Source of the DNA: Squalus acanthias
Taxonomy: Eukaryota
Assembly: GCA_030390025.1 (NCBI GenBank)
Contig: CM059429.1
Coordinates: 15,686,001-15,750,000 of the forward strand
Direction of reading: 5' to 3'
Length of the DNA: 64,000 nucleotides
Under the pieces are notes generated by a model. The model saw only the letters and a list, made by a program, of their open reading frames with translations, was not told where the DNA came from and did no database searches. The position numbers and the translations under genes are program-made. Shown here one piece after another: positions 25,901 to 37,724 of the stretch (position 1 is the first letter of the stretch; each line of letters starts with the position of its first letter).

Positions 25901-26240
25901 GTAACAGTTTTACAGGTTGCCGGCGGTACTGCAACAATGGCAAAAAAGACGGCGACGATTCAGGGGAAACATCAGTGCTGCTCGGCATTGACAACTTTTG
26001 GGTTGCCAAAAATCAATGGATGGCTGCCACACATTATTGGACTGTCGCACTTCACTCCGGCAGAAAAATGAGCAAAAAGATTTTAAATTCCTAGAAAATT
26101 TGCATATATATGTTGTGAAGTTGCAATGCATAAACTGTGGAAAAGCAAATGGAAAAATTTCCTGAACTTTTAATTTTGACACTCATTGTTTTTAAGGATG
26201 TGCAGATTTTGTGTTTTAAAAAAAAAAGAAACTAAAATCA
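22950..26240 (-). promoter_or_regulatory. RNF13: Probable long RNF13 3'UTR
   Basis: About 3.3 kb of AT-rich sequence with no recognised repeats after the stop codon. Clustered minus-strand AATAAA at 23006-11, 22990-95 and 22950-55; more proximal signals also exist. Extent inferred. Confidence 0.5.
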
Positions 26241-26635
26241 TCAAACTATTGCGGACGGCTCTCTGGTTCCTCTCTCTCCAACGATGGCTTCAGGGTTTTC
26301 CTGCTGCATCTGAACTACCGTTTCTTCATTGACTCCATCCTCAACATCGCTGCTATCTCCCTCTTCCTCCTCCTCTTCATATTCAGAGGACTCCACTGCT
26401 TCTTGGTGAGATTGGGATTCCGACATGGTACCAAAGGAGTGAGCACTGGTGGAGGCAAGTGACGATCTCAGCAGAGGCGTGTTCTCGGAGGCATCATCGT
26501 TTTCTTCGTGGCTGCTGTCTACATCATCAGTTTCTGAATCAGATTCTCCCTGAGATGCTACCACCTTCTGTTTGCAGACAGGGCAGGTCTTCTTTGTTCT
26601 AGTCAGCCACGGGTCCACACATTTACAGTGGTATG
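26241..26635 (-). CDS. RNF13: E3 ubiquitin ligase RNF13, last coding exon
   Basis: Acceptor cccag, then (A)YHCKCVDPWLTRTKKTCPVCKQKVV...ENTPLL...SAHSFG...SSEYEEE. Second half of the RING-H2 plus the RNF13-type acidic tail; adjacency to PFN2 as in human supports RNF13 over RNF167. Confidence 0.95.
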
Positions 26636-27326
26636 CTGGGTACATAAAAGAGAGGGAACCAAAAAAAAATGTATTTAAACAGTATGAAATTTGCACCCCT
26701 CAATGTTATTTGGAAGTTCTGCAAAAAAATTAAACATATATATCCTTCAGCCTACTGTTAATTCAGCTGACAGAAAGGCTCGTGTGGAACATAAACACTG
26801 ACATAGACCTGTTGGGCTGAATGGCCTGTTAGTGCTCCCACCTGTACACTGGAACATTACATCCTCATCATCAAAAGCCAGTTAACAATACTTAACATGT
26901 TTTTTCTATTTCCTTTTTACTTGTTTTTTTTAAATTAAACGGACATAGATTGAAGACTTGACCTTAAAAGTAGGTACTGCCTCAATAGCAGGAGGAATCT
27001 GAACAGAGAGTACTGAAATATAAATTGCAGAAATATAATTTACGTTTGGTCATTAATTCAGCTGCATCCCATGGTCAATCCCAAGGAACAATTTACATTT
27101 TGTTTAAAAAACGAACATTTTGGATCTTCAGTTTTATTTTTAAAAAGTGGTTCATGATGTTACTGCTTAAATATTATTAAAACTTAAGCAAAGGCAACTG
27201 GGTAGGTGCGAGAAAGAATCTTGTAAATCTGGTCACGCAAAGCACATTAAAAACATTTTTACATTCAGTACAAGCACGGCTGTATAAATGAGAGTTTGGT
27301 TTGACCTGGAGTCATAAAATCTTAAC

Positions 27327-28300
27327 TATGGGAGCACGAGATGGGTAAAGAGGAAACAATGGGAGCACGAGACGGATAAAGAGAGGAAACAATGGGAGCA
27401 CGAGACGGATAAAGAGAGGAAACAATGGGAGCACGAGACGGATAAAGAGAGGATACAATGGGAGCACGAGACGGATAAAGAGAGGAAACAATGGGAGCAC
27501 GAGACGGATAAAGAGAGGATACAATGGGAGCACGAGACGGATAAAGAGAGGAAACAATGGGAGCACGAGACGGGTAAAGAGAGGAAACAATGGGAGCACG
27601 AGACGGATAAAGAGGAAACAATGGGAGCACGAGACGGGTAAAGAGAGGATACAATGGGAGCACGAGACGGGTAAAGAGAGGATACAATGGGAGCACGAGA
27701 TGGGTAAAGAGAGGATACAATGGGAGCACGAGACGGGTAAAGAGAGGATACAATGGGAGCACGAGACGGATAAAGAGAGGAAACAATGGGAGCACGAGAC
27801 GGGTAAAGAGGAAACAATGGGAGCACGAGACGGATAAAGAGAGGAAACAATGGGAGCACGAGACGGGTAAAGAGAGGAAACAATGGGAGCACGAGACGGA
27901 TAAAGAGAGGAAACAATGGGAGCACGAGACGGGTAAAGAGAGGAAACAATGGGAGCACGAGACGGGTAAAGAAAGGAAACAATGGGAGCACGAGACGGGT
28001 AAAGAGAGGAAACAATGGGAGCACGAGATGGATAAAGAGGAAACAATGGGAGCACGAGACGGGTAAAGAGAGGATACAATGGGAGCACGAGACGGATAAA
28101 GAGAGAACAATGGGAGCACGAGACGGGTAAAGAGAGGAAACAATGGGAGCACGAGACGGGTAAAGAGAGGAAACAATGGGAGCACGAGACGGGTAAAGAG
28201 AGGAAACAATGGGAGCACGAGATGGATAAAGAGGAAACAATGGGAGCACGAGACGGATAAAGAGAGAACAATGGGAGCACGAGATGGGTAAAGAGGAAAC
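27327..28300. repeat. Minisatellite, 33-bp unit, about 30 copies
   Basis: Unit GGGAGCACGAGACGG(G/A)TAAAGAGAGGA(A/T)ACAAT, with shorter 30-31-bp variants. Confidence 0.97.
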
Positions 28301-28455
28301 AGAAATACAGCATGCAGGATGGTATTTTTAATTGTTTTGTATTTTGATGTCTATACAAGTGAAGAAGGCTGGGGAAGAAGCCAATCTAATATCGGTGTGT
28401 TGAAAGTTAAACTTACCTAATTTGCTTGTTACAGGATGGAGAAGTATTTGCTTAC

Positions 28456-28536
28456 CATGTGAACAGGGCAGGATGCGAAGCTTGTCACCTTCTTCATACT
28501 CATCCAGACAAATTGCGCACACCTCATATTCATCAC
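28456..28536 (-). CDS. RNF13: RNF13 penultimate exon (first half of RING-H2)
   Basis: tgcag|GT GAT GAA...TCA CAT G|gtaag; 81 bp; (G)[26 protein letters not shown]; phase compatible with the last exon. Confidence 0.95.
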
Positions 28537-29033
28537 CTGCAGCAACACAAAGGAACGGTTATACTTTGCTGCTCTAATGATGACATGCTACTTATGCAAG
28601 GCTATTTGAACATGAGGTATTGTGCCATTATTATATTAAAAATGTCTGAATAACAACTAATAGGCATTAGACCGTCAACAGGATTTATTTAACAAGTTGA
28701 GTGACAATCTGTTTATACAGCAGGTCCTCTCTTGGGGCACAATGAATAGAACCAGACAGCGCACGGCTGACATTTAATCTCTAGGACTGAGAATTGCAAG
28801 CTAGCAGATACCTCAGCTCCTTGCTTGTGTGTATGACAAAAGAATCACTTATGTAAATAGCGGGTTTGCCACACTTAAAGGGCCAGGCCTTGCTGGCTCT
28901 ACTAACAATACAGAAATATTTGACACTCTAATTGTTCTCCGCTGGCCATTTACCAGACTCGGCAAAAGACAAAAAACTCTTTTTGGGGGGAAAAAAAATG
29001 TACAAAATATATTTCTAAGTCTTCAATTGTGAA

Positions 29034-29162
29034 CAAAAGCAAAATACTGTGGATGCTGGAAATCTGAAATAAAAACCGAAAATGCTGGTCTCAGCCAGTC
29101 AGGCAGCATCTGCAGAGCGAGAAACAGAGTTGACGTTTCAGGTTGATGACCTTTCATCAGAA
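29034..29162 (-). mobile_element. Solo PLE pLTR with hammerhead motif
   Basis: Same family as 807-1491. TSD CAATTGTGAA at 29024-33 and 29163-72. Motif GTT CTGATGA A AGGTC ATC AACCT GAA ACGT C AAC has the canonical GUC triplet and one stem II mismatch. Confidence 0.8.
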
Positions 29163-29579
29163 CAATTGTGAAGCCTTCTCCCATTCCTCTTGCAAACCAT
29201 AAGGGATGGAGTGGCTGAAATGCAGTGTTTACAGAATGCACCTCGTTAGTAAATGATAACTTCACATAACCTGTCTCCAATACCTCTATTTGGAATGCCA
29301 CATGCGAGGATATAGCATGAGGAGCTCCTGGTTTGTTTAAACGCTGGTGCAAATCCAGCTGTTACAATTACACTAATGAATTTGCTTCCAAATTTATTTC
29401 AAATCATTGCAATGATTTTAGGGTTTGGGAGCCAATCTATGAAGAAGTGATCCTCTAAAGTGAGAAATTTCACTGCTTCTTGACAGCAGTGTGCGCGCAA
29501 AATAATTCTTTGTACCTCACGTCATTTCTTGGACTTTTAAACTTAAAGTTATTACAACCAAAAACCTACATTGTGAGGT

Positions 29580-30885
29580 AGAATCAAAGAAGTTTACGGC
29601 ATTGAAGGAGGCCATTTGGCCCATCGTGTCTTTTTTTTTATTCGTTTGTGGGATATGGGCATCGCTGGCATCCCTAATTGCCGCTGCAGTCCGTGCGGTG
29701 AAGGTACTCCCACAGTGCTGTTAGGGAGGGAGTTCCAGGCTTTTGACCCAGCGACAATGAAAGAATAGCGATATACTTCTAAGTCAGGATGGTGTGTGAC
29801 TTGGAGGTGGTGGTGTTCCCATGCGCCTGCTGCTCTTGTCCTTCTAGGTGGAAGAGGTCGTGGGTTTGGGAGGTGCTGCCGAAGAAGCCTTGGTGAGTTG
29901 CTGCAGTGCATCTTGTAAATGGTACACACTGCAGCCACGGTGTGCCGGTGGTGGAGGGAGTGAATGTTTAAGGTGGTGGATGGGGTACCAATCAAGCGGG
30001 CTGCTTTGTCTTGAGTGTTGTTGGAGCTGCACTCATCCAGGCAAGCGGAGAGTATTCCATCACGCTCCTTACTTGTGCCTTGTAGATGGTGGAAAGGCTT
30101 TGGGGAGTCAGGAGGTGAGACACTCGCCGCAGAATACCTAGCCTCTGACCTGCTCTTGTTGCCACAGTATTTAAGTTAAAGGAATATTAATGGCAAGGCT
30201 ATATAACTAATATGCTGTAGAATTTGCAACTTTCTTAGATGGTATGAATTTGTTTACATTTTAATGTTGAAATCCAATGTGCTCAATATATGTGGCTGGT
30301 CCAGTTCAGTTTCTGGTCAATGGTGACCCCCAGGATGTTGATGGTGGGGGATTCAGCGATGGTAATGCCGTTGAATGTCAAGGGGCGGTGGTTAGACTTT
30401 CTCTTGTTGGAGATAGTCATTGCCTGGCACTTGTGTGGTGCGAATGTTACCTGCCACTTATCAGTCCAAGCCTGAATGTCATCCAGATCTTGTTGCATGC
30501 GGGCATGGACTGCTTCATTATCTGAGGAGTTGTGAATGGCATTGAACACTGTGCAGTCATCAGCGAACATACCCATTTCTGACCTTATGTTGGAGGGAAG
30601 GTCATTGATGAAGCAGCTGAAGATGGTTGGGCCTAGGACACTGCCCCTGAGGAACTCCTGCAGTTTCTGCTGGCCAAAAAAGAGCTATCTAGCTACATCC
30701 CACTTTCCAGCTCTTGGTCCGTAGCCTTGTAGGTAACGGCACTTCAAGCGCATATCCAAGTACTTATTAAATGCGATGAGGGTTTCTGCCTCTACCAGTG
30801 AGCTCCAGACCCCCTTCACCCTGTGGGTGAAAACATTTACTTTAAATCTATGCCCCCTGGTTATTGACCTCTCTGCTAAGGGAGG
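29580..30885 (-). mobile_element. CR1 3' end split by a nested LINE family A copy (29631-30665)
   Basis: CR1 tail at 29580-29630 resumes at ~30667. Nested RT ORF MGMFADDCTVF...LGVTIDQKLNW. Confidence 0.8.
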
Positions 30886-31644
30886 TGTTGCAACAATTAA
30901 ACTATTTAGAGAAGTGTGCAGGAGCCAAACTGCACAAGAACCCCCAAATACAGAGGCACCATCCCTTTATAATATGCTGCTGTTTGGTTCCTCTTTTGGC
31001 AAAGATATCCGCAGCTTCTTAAAATGAACTTACCTAATATCACTTCAAAATTGCCTACTAAAAGAATGCACTGGATAAGACTATTCACTTTATTTTTATA
31101 CAGGCACTGTCAAATGCTGGATGGTCCTAATGATTTAAGGTCTTCCTTCTTTCTGGGAGAGTCAGAAACATTTGAGCTACAAACTGAAATTAACATTTTT
31201 AATATAAATGGGCATGAGTCCATAAATTGGAAACTATGACATCCTGTTGAGGTCATGCAGAAAGCCTCAAATACTTCCCTTAATTCGACAATTAGGGAGA
31301 AAACACCACAATCAGGTGAGGAATTATTTCACCAGCTACCCAGCACCCGACACCACTTCTAGGGCTTTACGCTGAAGTGACCCAGCAGACATGTCTGTCC
31401 AAAGATGGGCAGGTGAATTGTGCTAGGGTGTTAATGACAAAAGGATGTTAAATGAAGTGTTTCCTGTCATTTACAAAACTGGGGTTTAAAAGGCAAAGTG
31501 ATTAAATCAGGAATTTTAAACCTCAAAATGTTTTTAAGTCTTCAGCCTGGCACCACACTATGCTGTGACAAGGTGCTGCAGTAATTTAACAGCCCCACCC
31601 CCCGCGCCTTCCACCAAGGCAGGCACCCTTATAGTGCCATAACG

Positions 31645-32055
31645 GTAGAACAACCGGGATTTATATAGTGCCTTTTACGTCCTTTAGGGTCAATAAATTA
31701 CTTCTGAAGTGCAGTCACTGTAATGTAGGGAAACGTGGCAGCCAATGTGCACACAGTAAGGTCTCACAAACAGCAATGAGATAGATCTGTTTTTGGTGTT
31801 GGTTGAAGGATAAATTTGGACGAATGTACTGGGAGAGCTTCCCTGTTTTTTGTTGAATAGTGCCATGGGATCTTGTATATCCACCCGAACAATCAGCTGA
31901 GCCTCAGTTTAACGTCTCATCCGAAAGACGGCATCGCTAACAATTCAGCACTTTCTCAGTACTGCACTGAAGTATCAACCTAGATTATGTTCTCAAGTCC
32001 TGCTTGAACCCACAACCTTCTAACTTAGAGGCAAGAGTGCTACTACTGAGCCAAG
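31645..32055 (-). mobile_element. SacSINE1-like DeuSINE
   Basis: tRNA-like head (TGGCTCAGTAGTAG...GGTTCAAG on - strand) and central Deu-like domain; homologous to 57368-57842. Confidence 0.7.
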
Positions 32056-33291
32056 CTCCATATGTAAACTACTCTGTCCTCAGGAAATGGGTGGATAGAA
32101 GTTCTGGGTCCCCGGTCTCCTCATAGTCAGACAACTTACTAGGAAATGCCGAATAGCTCACTAATAAAATTGGACCGTGAAGTCCTAATGATAACAGTTC
32201 TTGTGAAATTGTGAATTAGTGAAGCAAGTGGTAGAGTAGAACAGAGTAAATCAATAAAATGCTACTGTTTACAATTGATGGCAAATTAAAAAACTCTCAA
32301 AAGAAATTACCCGCACTCTCCTCAAACAAAAAAATTGAGAGAGAAGTCTTTGAAAATCATTTATGAAAGGGAAGACAAGCACATATACAAATACTACTGC
32401 AAACTGGGAAAATTATCGTTGCTTAATTTCCTTCTGATGACCCTTTAGAAACCATATGGTAGTTTAAGTCATGGAGTAATTTTAATTGATGACAAATCAA
32501 TTTAGAGAAATGGCTCTGGAGATCACTTTTACTACTTCCATAAGGAAAGGTGGCAGATAAAGGTCAGTGTAATCTTTTCTGAAAGTCTAACAAATTTAAG
32601 TGATGGCTTCGTACAAGGCTAATTCTCAGCTTACTCATTTTTAAAAAAAGGTTCAGAGTTGGGTGAAGTGACTTGTAAACCTAAGGCCCACCTGAGAAAG
32701 TATTGGCATTGGATCGAAGTGGTTTGTGGGCAGGTGGACATGAACCATAATACAACATCTCAACCTCCTGCCAGTGTCAACGTGGCTCAGTGGTAATACT
32801 CTCACCTCAGTCGAAGGGCCAGGCACCCATGGCCCACAGAACACTCAGTGTTTGGGTACCACAATAGTTCAGACAAATTTCCTTTCAATTCTGGGGCCAG
32901 GCTTCAAATCCAGCCTAAACTGATGAAAATCTGTTGGCTGTTCAAATCCTTTGCAAAATTAGTTTGAAAGTCACGTGCCACGTTTAAAATTGTCAAAATC
33001 TCTTCCAAATCAGCTCAGATCTCTTTCCATGTAGCCATGGCTCCACACTTGTTCTTTTCTGAGTTGCATCCAGCTCACATCAGAAGAGTTCTATACTGCA
33101 GTTACTATAGCTGCCATTTCATTTTTACTGTTATGTTAACTTTGAACATGGGGTGCTTAAATAAAATAATTAACACTTGCCTCAACCAAGTTTTATTTCC
33201 TCCTTATTTAAAAAAAAATCAATATTGGTTGAAAAGCATTAAAAATAATAGATGCATGGGGCAGCCACACTGCCAAGTGTTAGGACATAGA

Positions 33292-33650
33292 TGGGGAAAA
33301 ATTCAGTTGGTTGTGCCTCCCGTTAGCGCCTTAAGAGGGCACTAATGGGGCGCAAAGCAACTAGCGCCCGGGCACGGCAATGTTTGCGCCGCTCGCGCAA
33401 TTAACTAGACATTTTGTGGCGGCGCTAAACACTACCGCCACGATCTCCTGTGCCGGCAGATCGTGACGTCAGTCGAGTGCGCAACGCCCCGGAGCGAATA
33501 TTGAGTGGCGCCCCCTGCCTTACCGCCTGCCGCTAGCAACGACAGGTTGAGGGGAGTGTTTTGCAGTCAGGAAGGGACTGGGGGAGCGCTATTTAAAGGC
33601 GACCGCTTCCTGCCTTTTTTTGTTGGTGACATTTTTGAACCACGCATTCT

Positions 33651-33681
<31 letters not shown>

Positions 33682-34181
33682 CTGGAGAGATTCAACGCTG
33701 TGTGAAGGAGTTTTGGGTACTGAGCAGCACTTTGCAGGTTCATTTTGATTTGCCCTTCCTTGTATCGATTTAGAAGAGACTGTGGGGGTTGCACTCTGAG
33801 CTCTTTCCCTGGTTCTCTCCATTGTTTTTTCCAGCAGATTTGATGTACAGGTCTCTCCAGGCCGAGATTCAAGGCTGCAATGAGCAGGATGTGGATGGAA
33901 AGCAAGATCAACCCTCCCCTTTGAGAACTGGCCGGCGCCATTGTGTCTGTGTTCCATTGCTGACTGACATCACGAGCTTCGCCAGCGCTCTGAGTTAGCG
34001 CCTCGCTCCTCGGCCTTTGCGCCTTAAGACAGATGTGTAGTGCCTGATTTAGCGCTCCAATCACCTCCAGGGGCGATAAAAGTCAAGTTTGCAGTCGGAG
34101 GCGATAATTAGCGCCAGGCGCTAATCTTTGCGCCCGGCCGATAATTGCGCCCCAAATGGGGCGATACTGAATTTCTCCCCC
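33292..34181. mobile_element. Non-autonomous PIF/Harbinger-like element
   Basis: 16-bp TIR (TGGGGAAAAATTCAGT / ACTGAATTTCTCCCCC, 2 mismatches), 3-bp TSD AGA, CpG-rich GCGCC subterminal repeats, internal (GA)n at ~33651-33678. Confidence 0.7.
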
Positions 34182-34483
34182 AGACTTCCTTGAATTTACA
34201 CATGGCAAGATCCCACAGTATTGGTTGAGGATTTAGAGAATGCATCAAATGAACAGTCACTCCCTGCTAGCAAATGGTTACATCATGACATGGAACAGGA
34301 ACAGGAACACCCACTGTCTAGAGAATGGCATTTGGTAACAGGATTTTAAAAAGATGATATCTCACCATCAGAACCTGTTTTAAAGAGGGACTCTCAGCAT
34401 TATTTAAGCATAAAACTTGCAAAGAATCTCGCACTAAGGTGAAGGAACAAGTGACAACACCACTGTTGGAGTAAAAGTAGACA

Positions 34484-35153
34484 GGGCGTAGTCAAGTTTC
34501 CACTCCTTTACGTCAGTAATATCCACAATCCGGGCAAAAATCGACCGAACCAGCGCAAAAGGTCGGACAGTTTTAAACGCGAGTTACACCCAAAAGCACT
34601 TATGTTCATGTTTCCGTGATCTTTTACGCTGGTTTAAGATTAAATTCGCCGGATCAGACCCTGCCCACAAAACTGGCTACGACCCCAGTTCGACATTGCA
34701 CTGGTTCGGGAAGGCTCTTTCAATTGTGCTCATTTTCTGAGGCGCACAGGTAGGCATGTAGGCATGTTTTTTGATATTAAAAAATATTTGATTTACTAAG
34801 AAACCAACTAGTGTACACCAATGAAAGTAGTAAATGGTTCAGTATAATGTTTTTTTTAAAGTCGTTATCAGTGATTTTAAATCAGGTTGCTCACAGGTGG
34901 AGGACTGGAGACACTAAAAATGTTTATTTTCTGTGATTAAAACAGTGAACCTGGTTACCACTCTTAAATACAATGAATACTTTTTAAATAGTAAGAAAAA
35001 AATAAACAATTACATTCAATTACACTGCCCGATTGCGCTGGTTCATGGAAGATTTTAAGTTTGTGATCATGCTAATGATTTTTATCGGAAACTTGAACTG
35101 TAACCTAACTGGCGCAATTTCCCGATTGTGCTCAAAGCGGAAAGCCTACCCCG
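34484..35153. mobile_element. Possible degraded MITE
   Basis: Right end GCGGAAAGCCTACCCC with a degenerate left counterpart; CpG-rich ends, AT-rich core. Confidence 0.35.
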
Positions 35154-35792
35154 ATAAATCAAGTGACAGCAATTAGGTGGAGCTAAGCTCGAGCTTTAAA
35201 AGCCTACAGACTTTACAAAGAGGGAAAAATTGGGGGAGATAATTAGTTCCAAAGTTTTGGAGCCATTGGGAAGAAAGGGTTAGAGAGAGTGGATGACTAC
35301 AGTGAGTGTCTATTTCAGATCAGTAAGGATACAGGTCAGTGAGATTGCAGTTGGAGGAAAAAAGTCTGTCCCACAAGAAAAGAAAGAGGGTGAAAGAGGA
35401 TTCACAGAAATGGTAAGACACGGTTTTGGCAAGGGACCAGAAGCAATGGTTGGTTGCTGGAAGAGCAGGAGGACAACAGATGATGTTTCTTTTCAAGAAG
35501 AAAGTGTCTAGCAGCTGTAATAGATTTAATAATTAAAAAAAAACTGTAGTGCGCGCCTTAAATAAAAGCTAAAATTATTTGGATGATCGGAACTGAAGTT
35601 AAGCCTCAACACAAATTAGGGATTTTTATAAACAAACTGAATAATCAATTCTAAGAGATTTTAAAAAGAACTTTTATATTGAGCACATTGGATTTCAACA
35701 TTAAAACATAAACAAATTCATACCATCTAAGAAAGTTGCAAATTCTACAGCATATTAGTTATATAGCCTTGCCATTAATATTCCTTTAACTT

Positions 35793-36405
35793 AAATATTG
35801 TGGCAACAAGAGCAGGTCAGAGGCTGGGTATTCTGCGGCGAGTGTCTCACCTCCTGACTCCCCAAAGCCTTTCCACCATCTACAAGGCACAAGTAAGGAG
35901 TGTGATGGACTACTCTCCACTTGCCTGGATGAGTGCAGCTCCAACAACACTCAAGAAGCTCGACACCATCCAGGACAAAGCAGCCCACTTGATTGGCACC
36001 CCATCCACCACCTTAAACATTCACTCCCTCCACCACCGGCGTACCGTGGCTGCAGTGTGTACCATCTACCAGATGCACTGCAGCAACTCGCCAAAGGCTT
36101 CTTCGGCAGCACCTCCCAAACCCGCCTAGAAGGACAAGAGCAGCAGGCACATGGGAACACCACCACCTCCAAGTTCCCCTCCAAGTCACACACCATCCTG
36201 ACTTAGAAATATATCGCCGATCCTTCATCGTTGCTGGGTCAAAATCCTGGAACACCCTACCTAACAGCACTGTGGGAGTACCTTCACCACACGGACTGCA
36301 GCGGTTCAAGGCGGCGGCTCACCTTCTCAAGGGCAACTAGGGATGGGCAATAAATGCTGGCCTTGCCAGCGACACCCAGATCCCATAAGCGAATTTAAAA
36401 AAAAC
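35793..36405 (+). mobile_element. 5'-truncated LINE family A
   Basis: ORF ATRAGQRLGILRRVSHLLTPQSLSTIYKAQVRSVMDYSPLAW, followed by 3'UTR and an A-rich tail. Confidence 0.85.
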
Positions 36406-37724
36406 TTAAATGCAAGGTATTGAATTGTGCTGTGATTCATCAAAAATAAATACTGGAAGTCCTACATCTGAACCCAGATACCCCTGAAGGTCCTGTATCA
36501 ATGTCTGCCATACAAGAAAATATCGGCAAATGCTTTAAAAATAGGTGCAAGGAAAACAGACACCCAGCCGCAAGGGAGAAAGTAGGAGGTGTGATCAAAG
36601 GCTTAGTTTATAGAAACAGCGTTTCAAGGAGTAAAACAAAACAAATTCCCCAGCAAGATCAAGTCCTAAAACCGTTCAGTACACCAGCTTCATCCTCTTC
36701 AGTGACCAATTAGACAAGTGACTGCATCACAAGAGCTATGATACTTGCTTCCAAGAACACTGGAGTACTGCTACATTGTACAAAGAATAATCCCATACTC
36801 CACTCATAACATGCCGGTTTCCTTTAGCTACATCACACAGAAGTTCTATCCTATAAATAGGATACGTATGGAGTTGATGGATGTCATATTGATTACAATT
36901 GTGCAGGAAACCTGTATAATTCACCAGGAACATAGTCACTCCAACCAGTGTAGTACCCTTCACTTCTGGAATGAAAACTGTATTTTAACAATTGTACATT
37001 GTCACTCCTGTTTTTAATTATTTTTGTAGGAAATACATAAACTCCTTTCGTTCACCAAAACACACCAAAAAATGAAATCATTTTACTGTGTGCTGCTATA
37101 TGGGACTGTAACTTTGAATAAAATTATACAGAGCATGCACCACACTGAACAAAAAGTTTTATTTGACCTTGAAAAGTAACACTTAGTACCAAACAAGTTT
37201 GAGGATAAGCTACCTATTTTCATGTAATACTGCATGAAAATAGTGCGTCATCAGCTTTTGGTTCCCCTATCCCTCCTCCACCCAGAAAAAAAACCTATTT
37301 GAATCAATGCATTAATCAGGATTTGAAAATACAATGTTCAAAATTTTACCCAAATAGGAAATGCTCCCAAAGATGGTGTGTAGCTTTCCATAAACTCAGA
37401 ACTCTTCTCAATTGCCGAGTACTTACTGGAATGGGAAACAATGCAGCTGGCAAGCAGTAATGGAAGGTTGCAAAGAGTTTTTTGTTATTGTCTTGTTATG
37501 ATGAATTACTCGCTGGGAAAAATGAATGGCATTACCAGATTCAGCATATACACAACTGCTAAAAATAGCTACTAAACAAAAGATCCAAGTGTTGAAAGCA
37601 GTTACAAAGTCCAACTGAGCCCGGGAGGAAGGGGAATGGATAGACAGAGAATTTGATAAAGTATGAAAGAAACAATAATCTCATGTTTATACCAAAAACT
37701 GAACAACATCTGCAGCAATGTGGC

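Noticed and set aside
26636-26696. N-terminal extension MQISYCLNTFFFGSLSFMYP of the RNF13 ORF
   Set aside because: Intronic polypyrimidine tract upstream of the AG acceptor.
27312-28358. Three 300-350-aa ORFs and a CRISPR-like periodic repeat
   Set aside because: These are translations of a head-to-tail minisatellite. There are no unique spacers or cas genes, and the context is a eukaryotic intron.
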